Below, piece after piece: positions 55,831 through 62,684 of a stretch of 64,000 nucleotides of DNA. Below the pieces are notes generated by a model. It worked only from the letters and a program-made list of their open reading frames with translations, made no database searches and was not told the DNA's origin. Position numbers and translations under genes: made by a program. Position 1 is the first letter of the stretch. The number at the start of each line of letters is the position of its first letter. The stretch lies in assembly GCA_937928755.1 (NCBI GenBank), contig CALEZI010000117.1:21541-85540 (forward strand), in the 5' to 3' direction. The DNA comes from an uncultured Rhodanobacteraceae bacterium. Its GTDB lineage: Bacteria; Pseudomonadota; Gammaproteobacteria; Xanthomonadales; SZUA-5.

Positions 55831-57091
55831 CAATGCTTGCCTCACGACTTCCGATCACCGGGTACTTCGCCGCCACGTATGCCTCGATCATCCCCACAAA
55901 CTCCTCGCTGATGCGCTCGCCGCGCAGGGTCGCCACCTTGACGCCATCGATGAACACCGGGGCCGCGGGACTTTCGCCGGTGCCGGGCAAGCTGATGCCG
56001 ATATTCGCCTGTTTGCTCTCGCCGGGCCCGTTGACGATGCAGCCCATCACCGCGAGGGTCAAATCCTCCACGCCGCGATGCCGCAGGCGCCATTCGGGCA
56101 TGCGCGCGCGCACATGGTCTTGCACCGTCTTGGCCAGTTCCTGGAAGAAGCTGCTGGTGGTGCGGCCGCAACCCGGGCAGGCGGTGACCATCGGCGTGAA
56201 CGCGCGCAGTCCCATGGTCTGCAACAACTCCTGGGCGACGATCACTTCGGTGCTGCGGCTTTCGCCGGGCTCGGGCGTCAGCGAAATGCGGATGGTGTCG
56301 CCGATGCCTTCCTGCAGCAGCACCGCCAGCGCCGCGGTGGAGGCGACAATGCCCTTGCTGCCCATGCCGGCCTCGGTCAGGCCAAGGTGCAAGGGATAAT
56401 CGCTGCGACGCGCCAGCTCACGGTAAACGGCGATCAGCTCCTGCACCCCGCTGACCTTGCACGAGATGACGATCCGATTGGCCGGCAGGCCGATTTCCTC
56501 GGCCTTCGCCGCGCTCAGCAGTGCCGACTGGATCAGCGCCTCGCGCCCGACCGCTGGCGCATCGAGCGGATGCGATGCCTGGGCATTGTGATCCATCAGG
56601 CGCGTCAGCAGGGCCTGATCCAGGCTGCCCCAGTTGGCACCGATCCGCACCGGCTTGTCGTATCGGCAGGCCTGTTCGACGATTGTCGCAAACTGCGTAT
56701 CGCGCTTCTGCCCGAAGCCGACGTTGCCCGGATTGATCCGGTACTTTCCGAGCGCCTGGGCGCAATCCGGATAGCGCGTCAACAAGGTGTGCCCGTTGTA
56801 ATGAAAATCGCCGATCAGCGGCACCGATACCGACATCCGATCAAGCTTCTCGCGGATGCGCGGTACGGCAGCGGCAGCCTCGTCGGTATTGACCGTGATC
56901 CGAACCAGTTCCGAGCCGGCACGCCACAACTGCGCGACCTGGCGCGTCGTCGCATCGACGTCGGCGGTGTCGGTATTGGTCATCGACTGCACGACGACCG
57001 GCGCGCCGCCGCCGACCTGCGTCGAGCCGATCTGCACGGCGACGGTATGGCGGCGGGGATGGGAGCCGTACGAGGGTAGCGAAGAAGTCAT
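55820..57091 (-). CDS. ispG: 4-hydroxy-3-methylbut-2-en-1-yl diphosphate synthase
   Basis: [16 protein letters not shown]......[13 protein letters not shown], the cluster ligands CPGCGRT, and [12 protein letters not shown] at 57091. Confidence 0.9.
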   Translation of the reverse strand: MTSSLPSYGSHPRRHTVAVQIGSTQVGGGAPVVVQSMTNTDTADVDATTRQVAQLWRAGSELVRITVNTDEAAAAVPRIREKLDRMSVSVPLIGDFHYNGHTLLTRYPDCAQALGKYRINPGNVGFGQKRDTQFATIVEQACRYDKPVRIGANWGSLDQALLTRLMDHNAQASHPLDAPAVGREALIQSALLSAAKAEEIGLPANRIVISCKVSGVQELIAVYRELARRSDYPLHLGLTEAGMGSKGIVASTAALAVLLQEGIGDTIRISLTPEPGESRSTEVIVAQELLQTMGLRAFTPMVTACPGCGRTTSSFFQELAKTVQDHVRARMPEWRLRHRGVEDLTLAVMGCIVNGPGESKQANIGISLPGTGESPAAPVFIDGVKVATLRGERISEEFVGMIEAYVAAKYPVIGSREASIGET

Positions 57092-57095
57092 TTTT

Positions 57096-57292
57096 GAGAA
57101 GCGGGGCAAGGGGCAGGGGGCAAGGGAAATGGCGCAAAGCTTCGTTTGCAGCGTTGTCGCGGACCGGAGGCTCTGAACGGCACGTGCCCCGCGCAAGGTC
57201 TCAGGCTTGGCGCCCGAAATCGCACGCCGCGACGGTGCCCGTGCATGGCGCAACGGCTGGTCCCCTGCCCCCTGCCCCCTGCCCCGCTCTTC
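57096..57292. repeat. k-mer-arm hairpin element, type C (7-mer GGGGCAG/GGGGCAA arms)
   Basis: The 32-nt arm GAGAAGCGGGGCAAGGGGCAGGGGGCAAGGGA (57096-57127) pairs with TCCCCTGCCCCCTGCCCCCTGCCCCGCTCTTC (57261-57292). The arms are 28/32 complementary, with a 133-nt loop. Confidence 0.8.
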
Positions 57293-57356
57293 ACAGCCTC
57301 GACCTCGTCAACTGAAGTTCCACGCGCGCCTTGATGTCTACCGCGCGCATCACCCC

Positions 57357-59090
57357 TCACACCGTCGACCAGATCTCGTCGAGTTCAGCCGCAGGCGGCG
57401 CTTCCGGTGCCTCGAGCGAGCGACCGGAAATCGGCATGTTGCCGTAGCGGAATTGTTTGTAGGCTCCGGTGTTTTCCAGCAGCTCGAGTGCTTCCAGCGG
57501 CTCGGACAACACGCGAACTTCCATGCCGGTTGAATCGGGCAGACGCAACAACTCAAGGCCGCCGGTCGAATCCAGGATCGATGGAGCCAGCAAGGTCGGA
57601 TGCTGGCTGCCGTCGATCGCCAGTGGCGCCAGCAACAGACCGCGCAGGATCACGCGGCTGGTATGCGCCTCACCGGTGGCGCGAACGGCAACGGCCTCGA
57701 CACGACGGCTGAGCAACTGAACGCCGGCTTCCAGGCTGTCGTTGTTGCCGCCCTTGAGCCAGCGCAGAACTCCAACCATCCAGTCCGGCTGGTCGTCCGC
57801 GTCCTGCGCCGGCGTCGACAATGCCACCAGTTCTCCGACCTTGGCCTTCAGTCCATCGGCGTTCTCCCAGAACAACCGGTAGCCGCCAAGGCTCTGATCG
57901 ACGACGCGCACACGCAGCGGCAACGGCACTGCAGCATCCGAACTGGATTGCGCCCAAGCCGCAGAGCGGTCGCGATCGCTGAGCGTGACCCCGCCGCCCA
58001 GTTCCGATACGAATTCGTTGAAATCGCGCTGTTCGGCAGCCAGGTAGTGCACCGCATGCAGGCCTATGCAGGTGTTCATCAGGTGATTTGCGGGCAGCCG
58101 CGGATGACCCCGTTCGCCGCTGAAACTCCACGCCACGCTGAGTTTTTCGACCACCTCGCCGGACACCTCCGGCCCTTGGCCCAGGCGACCACGCACCGCG
58201 ATCGGGGCGTCGATCGCCGGCAGCACCCGCAACTGATTCTGCAGCGACTGTACCAAACCGCTGCTGTCCAGACGCCAGTAGGGGCCGTCGATCTCCGCGC
58301 GCGGCGACATCGGCGGCGCATCCGAGCGCGGATCGATGACGAACGACCCGATCGCGCCCTTGTGATCGATCTTGCAGTGCGTCGACCAGATCTTGGCGGC
58401 CGCCTCGATGTCGACGATCTCTTTCTGCGTCAGTCGGTACGGATTGCCGATGAAGGTCAGCAGCGTCTGCAGATAGACGCTTTCCGGCGTCAGCGTGATG
58501 CCGGGCACCTGCGGGTCGGTGATTGCCTTGTCCGACAACTGCGCCTCATAGGCAAATCCGGCGAGCCGATGCAGCAAGCCCCAAACGCCAGCCGGAATTT
58601 CGCTGTAGGCGATGTAGCACTTGCTCAGCAATTGCGAGCAATGACTGAGTGCGCGCACCAGCGCCAGCGCCGTGCTGCGGCCGCGCAGGAAAGGCACGCT
58701 GCCGCGCGGGGCGCAATAGTCGTGCACGCAGATCGCGAAACCGAGCGCCAGCTCGCGATGGAAGTCGCGCATCACCGCGCCGATCTGGCGCTTCTGCAGC
58801 GGCAACGGCAACGGCTGTCCGAGCACGTGACGTTCCATGCTGGAAATCACCACCGCCACCGGGTGACGCATCTGCTCGAGTATCTCGACGCGCTGGTTGG
58901 GCTCGACATCCAGCTGGTTGAGTTCCTTCAAGCCGTTGTAGAGCAGGCGGGCGGTGGCGCCGCTGTTGGCCATCGGCAGCGCCTCGATCCACGCCTTGAC
59001 GGCCTTGCCAGTCGTCGGAAACGCATCACGACCGGGTCGCTCGCGCCTGGGAAGTGCCCCCCTGAGCAACTCGAACGCGCTTTCGGCCAT
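57357..59090 (-). CDS. hypothetical 577-aa protein with a C-terminal PilZ-like beta-barrel (possible c-di-GMP receptor)
   Basis: ATG at 59090. The C-terminal third contains LRVRVVDQSLGGYRLFW...GELVAL....WMVGVLRW, which resembles the D.S..G strand pattern of PilZ domains. A canonical RxxxR is not obvious. Confidence 0.5.
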   Translation of the reverse strand: MAESAFELLRGALPRRERPGRDAFPTTGKAVKAWIEALPMANSGATARLLYNGLKELNQLDVEPNQRVEILEQMRHPVAVVISSMERHVLGQPLPLPLQKRQIGAVMRDFHRELALGFAICVHDYCAPRGSVPFLRGRSTALALVRALSHCSQLLSKCYIAYSEIPAGVWGLLHRLAGFAYEAQLSDKAITDPQVPGITLTPESVYLQTLLTFIGNPYRLTQKEIVDIEAAAKIWSTHCKIDHKGAIGSFVIDPRSDAPPMSPRAEIDGPYWRLDSSGLVQSLQNQLRVLPAIDAPIAVRGRLGQGPEVSGEVVEKLSVAWSFSGERGHPRLPANHLMNTCIGLHAVHYLAAEQRDFNEFVSELGGGVTLSDRDRSAAWAQSSSDAAVPLPLRVRVVDQSLGGYRLFWENADGLKAKVGELVALSTPAQDADDQPDWMVGVLRWLKGGNNDSLEAGVQLLSRRVEAVAVRATGEAHTSRVILRGLLLAPLAIDGSQHPTLLAPSILDSTGGLELLRLPDSTGMEVRVLSEPLEALELLENTGAYKQFRYGNMPISGRSLEAPEAPPAAELDEIWSTV

Positions 59091-59171
59091 AGGTCCAACT
59101 CCCTTCCCCTGGGCCGTGCATGATAACCCGCCGGCGACCCACCTCGAAGTTTTTGCGGTCAATGCGCGTGG

Positions 59172-59217
59172 CCCGATTGCGGCCGACCCGGTTGCATACC
59201 TACACTCCGCAATCGGG
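59172..59217. promoter_or_regulatory. 11-bp perfect inverted repeat CCCGATTGCGG-N24-CCGCAATCGGG in the divergent promoter region
   Basis: Located 24 nt upstream of the ATG at 59241, between the divergently transcribed 57357-59090 and 59241-61640 genes. Confidence 0.3.
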
Positions 59218-59240
59218 GATCAGCCACAGGCGGAACAACG

Positions 59241-61640
59241 ATGTCGGACATCGTCGAAATCGCAATCGTCGGCTCGGGGCCGGGCGGCATCAGTGCCGCT
59301 GCTCGTGCCGCCGAACTCAAAGTGTCGCACGTGTTGCTGGAAGCTGCGCCGCACCTGTCGAACACGATCTTCCGCTATCAGAAAGGCAAACACGTGATGG
59401 CCGAGCCCGAGGCTCTGCCGTTGCGCTCGCCGCTGACCTTCAGCGCCGGCAGTCGCGAATCGATCCTCGAGGCCTGGGACCAGGGCGTCGCCAGCCTCGC
59501 GGTGAACGTGCGCCATGGCGCAGAGATCACGGCGATCAAGAAGCTGGATGACCACTTCGAACTCAGCATCGGCCGCAAGGACAAGCTGCTGGCGCGCAAT
59601 GTGGTACTCGGCATCGGCCTGCAGGGCAACATCCGCAAACTGGGCGTACCCGGCGACGACGCGCCCTTTGTCCAGTACACCCTCGACGATCCAGACGAAT
59701 ACGAAGGCGAGACCATCATCGTGGTCGGCGCCGGCGACGCCGCGATCGAAAACGCCGTGGCGCTGGCCAGGCAGAATCAGGTCGTGGTGGTCAACCGCCG
59801 CGAGGAATTCGCACGCGCCAAGGAAGGCAACCTGCGCGCCATCAGCAAGGCCATCGAGGACGGCGTGATCGAGTGTTACTTCGGCGCTGCGCCAGAACGC
59901 GTCGACAAACTCTCGGTCGGCCGCAAGCCGGGTCGACTGATCCTGAACACGCCCAAGGGCCGCGCCCAGGTGCTCTGCGACCGCATCATCGGTCGCCTCG
60001 GCGCCAACCCGCCGCGCGCCTTCGTCGAGGCCTGCGGCGTGGTGTTTCCGAATGCCGATCCATCGGCAGTGCCGGCGATCAGCGCCAAGTACGAGAGCAA
60101 CGTGCCCGGCCTCTACATCGTCGGCGCCCTCGGCGGTTATCCGCTGATCAAGCAGGCGATGAACCAGGGCTATGAGGTGGTCGAGTACATCCTCGGCCGC
60201 AGCGTGGAGCCCGCCGACGAGCCACTGCTGCGCGCCAAGTTCCAGAGCATGCCAGGCTTCAGCTCAGTCGGCGCGGCGCTGGAGAAGGTGCAGTCGGCGG
60301 TGCCCTTGCTGGCGACCATCACGCCGCTGCAGTTGCGCGAATTCATGATCGATTCGGATATCCGCACACCGAAATCCGGGGAGATTCTGTTCAAGCGCAA
60401 CGACTACACCAACAGCTTCTACTGCATCGTTGCGGGACAGGTCGAGATTCTGGTCGACGAGGCGGCAGGCAAGCGCGTGGCACTCGGCCCCGGCGAGTTT
60501 TTCGGTGAGATGAGCCTAATCTCGGGGCGTCGTCGCAGCGCCACGGTTTTCGCTGGCGCCAACTGCGTGCTGATCGAAACCCCGCGACGGTCGATGACCA
60601 AACTGATCAACTCGGTCGACGCGGTCAAGAAGCTGGTCGACCGCACCTTCGTCGAACGTGCCATCCGCGCGCGCTTTGGCGACGAGGCGACCGTCGCGCA
60701 GATCAAGGAGGTGGTATCGGGCGCCTCGCTGCAGCGCTTCAAGGCCGGCGAGGTCCTGTTCCGCGAGGGCGACGACGGCGATTGTCTGCACCTCGTTCGC
60801 GTCGGATCGTTGACCATTTCCAGGTCGATCGGCGGTCGCGACATCGTCCTGTCCTACGTACCCGCCGGCAACTACGTCGGCGAAATGGCGATCATCGGCG
60901 GCAGCAAGCGTTCGGCGACGGCGAAGGCTGCGGTCGCGACCGAGACCATTCGCGTCGAGCGCGACGCATTTCGCAAGCTGCTCGGTCAGAATCCGCTGTT
61001 GCGCGCGAAGCTGGCGCAGGAGGTCAAACAACGCACCGCCGAGAACATCACCATGCAGGCGGCCGCCTCGGGCGGCGACATCATTTCCTTCCTCGTCGGA
61101 CAGGGCCTCGGCGAGGCCACCGACGTGCTGTTGATCGACGAGTCCTTGTGCGTGCGCTGCGACAACTGCGAGAAGGCCTGCGCCGAAACCCACGGCGGCA
61201 CCTCGCGACTGGATCGAGAAGCCGGGCCGACCTTTGCCAACGTGCACGTGCCGACCTCCTGCCGACACTGCGAGCACCCGCACTGCATGAAGGATTGCCC
61301 GGCGGACGCCATTCACCGCGCACCCAACGGCGAGGTCTACATTGCCGACAACTGCATCGGCTGCGGCAATTGCGAACGCAACTGCCCGTATGGCGTCATC
61401 CACATGTCGGCCAAACCGAAGAAGAAGCCGGGACTGCTGCAATGGTTGTTGCTCGGTGCCGGCCCTGGCCCCGGCGAGTCGCCTTATGACCCCGACAGCC
61501 ACGAAAAGAAAGCGGTCAAGTGCGATATGTGCAAGGACATCAAGGGTGGTGCCTCATGCGTGCGCGCCTGCCCGACCGGCGCGGCGATCCGCATCAGCCC
61601 GGAACAACTGCCTGAATACGCCTTTGCTCGGGGGCCGTGA
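59241..61640 (+). CDS. multidomain redox/signalling protein: FAD/NAD(P)-binding reductase + two cNMP-binding domains + 4x[4Fe-4S] ferredoxin domain
   Basis: IAIVGSGPGGISAA and IIVVGAGDAAIENA dinucleotide folds. Two CAP-type cNMP motifs (FFGEMSLISGRRRSATV, YVGEMAIIGGSKRSATA). Four Cys clusters (CVRCDNCEKAC, CRHCEHPHCMKDCP, CIGCGNCERNCP, CDMC...CVRACP). Confidence 0.8.
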   Translation: MSDIVEIAIVGSGPGGISAAARAAELKVSHVLLEAAPHLSNTIFRYQKGKHVMAEPEALPLRSPLTFSAGSRESILEAWDQGVASLAVNVRHGAEITAIKKLDDHFELSIGRKDKLLARNVVLGIGLQGNIRKLGVPGDDAPFVQYTLDDPDEYEGETIIVVGAGDAAIENAVALARQNQVVVVNRREEFARAKEGNLRAISKAIEDGVIECYFGAAPERVDKLSVGRKPGRLILNTPKGRAQVLCDRIIGRLGANPPRAFVEACGVVFPNADPSAVPAISAKYESNVPGLYIVGALGGYPLIKQAMNQGYEVVEYILGRSVEPADEPLLRAKFQSMPGFSSVGAALEKVQSAVPLLATITPLQLREFMIDSDIRTPKSGEILFKRNDYTNSFYCIVAGQVEILVDEAAGKRVALGPGEFFGEMSLISGRRRSATVFAGANCVLIETPRRSMTKLINSVDAVKKLVDRTFVERAIRARFGDEATVAQIKEVVSGASLQRFKAGEVLFREGDDGDCLHLVRVGSLTISRSIGGRDIVLSYVPAGNYVGEMAIIGGSKRSATAKAAVATETIRVERDAFRKLLGQNPLLRAKLAQEVKQRTAENITMQAAASGGDIISFLVGQGLGEATDVLLIDESLCVRCDNCEKACAETHGGTSRLDREAGPTFANVHVPTSCRHCEHPHCMKDCPADAIHRAPNGEVYIADNCIGCGNCERNCPYGVIHMSAKPKKKPGLLQWLLLGAGPGPGESPYDPDSHEKKAVKCDMCKDIKGGASCVRACPTGAAIRISPEQLPEYAFARGP

Positions 61641-62536
61641 CGATGCATGACTCGATTCTCGATTACCGCGGCTTCCGCTACCTCTGGGTGGCGCTGATCC
61701 TGTCGATCGGATCGATCGTCGCCTATGTCTGGCATGACCCGATAGGCGTGCCCAATGGCGGGTCCTGGCTCGGCTACACGCTCGGCACCATCGGCGCCCT
61801 GCTGATCTTGTGGCTGCTCTGGTTCGGTATCCGCAAGCGCCGTTATTCCGGCGGCAGCGGCACCGCTCGCGGCTGGTTGTCGGCGCATGTATACCTCGGC
61901 ACCACGCTGATCCTGATCGCGTTCCTGCATGCCGGCTTCCAAGTCGGCTGGAACATCCACACGCTGGCGCTGGTCTTGATGCTGCTGGTGATCTTCAGCG
62001 GCTTTTTCGGCGTTTATGCGTACTTGCGCTATCCCGCGATGATGACGCGCAATCGCGCCGACACCACGCGCGACGCGATGCTCGCCGAGATTCGCGAACT
62101 CGACCAGCAGACCCTGCAGCTCGCCGACAAGGTCGACAAGAGCATCCACGACGCCATTCTGAGCTCGATTCAGCACACCCAACTCGGCGGTGGTGTCTGG
62201 ACGCAACTGAGTGCGCGCGACGACTCCGGATTGGCTCTGGCCAAGCTCAAGGAAGCCGTACTCAAGTCGGAAACCGGGGAAAAGTCATCGAAATCCGGTC
62301 AGACCATGGTGATGATGGTCGATTTCCTCGCCAACCAGGCCACCGATGCACAATCGGAAAACCTGCGCAGACTGATCGATCTGGTCTCGCGCAAGCGCGC
62401 CCTGGCAGCGCGCGTCGCGCGCGACATCCAACTCCAGGCGCTGATGGAAATCTGGCTCTACATCCATGTCCCGCTGTCGCTCGGATTGCTCGGTGCGCTG
62501 ACGGCGCATGTGGTGGCGGTGTTTTTTTATTGGTGA
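61637..62536 (+). CDS. integral membrane protein with conserved His residues in TM helices (possible haem-b electron-transfer subunit)
   Basis: An ATGA overlap links it to the upstream gene. Four N-terminal TM helices contain WLSAHVYLG, IAFLHAGF and NIHTLAL, followed by a soluble helical segment and a C-terminal TM helix. Confidence 0.6.
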   Translation: MTMHDSILDYRGFRYLWVALILSIGSIVAYVWHDPIGVPNGGSWLGYTLGTIGALLILWLLWFGIRKRRYSGGSGTARGWLSAHVYLGTTLILIAFLHAGFQVGWNIHTLALVLMLLVIFSGFFGVYAYLRYPAMMTRNRADTTRDAMLAEIRELDQQTLQLADKVDKSIHDAILSSIQHTQLGGGVWTQLSARDDSGLALAKLKEAVLKSETGEKSSKSGQTMVMMVDFLANQATDAQSENLRRLIDLVSRKRALAARVARDIQLQALMEIWLYIHVPLSLGLLGALTAHVVAVFFYW

Positions 62537-62537
62537 T

Positions 62538-62660
62538 GAAGCGGGAAAAGGGGAAATGGAAAATGGAAAAGGGAAAGGCAACAGCAATGCGCGGGCGCAA
62601 GTCGCACTCTTCGCACCTCCTTTTTCCTTTTTCCTTTTTCCTTTTTCCCCTTCCCCGCCC
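62538..62660. repeat. k-mer-arm hairpin element, type D (7-mer GGAAAAN / CCTTTTT arms)
   Basis: Left arm GAAGCGGGAAAAGGGGAAATGGAAAATGGAAAAGGGAAAGG, and right arm CCTCC(TTTTTCC)x4-like run ending CCCCTTCCCCGCCC. It shares the terminal GAAGCGGG motif with type C. Confidence 0.8.
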
Positions 62661-62684
62661 TGACTCGGCCGAGGATCGCGCGCC

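Noticed and set aside
55731-56399. 222-aa plus-strand ORF starting in the type-B hairpin and running antisense to ispG
   Set aside because: It is antisense to ispG, and its N-terminus is the translated 7-mer repeat ([18 protein letters not shown]). It is not credible as a gene.
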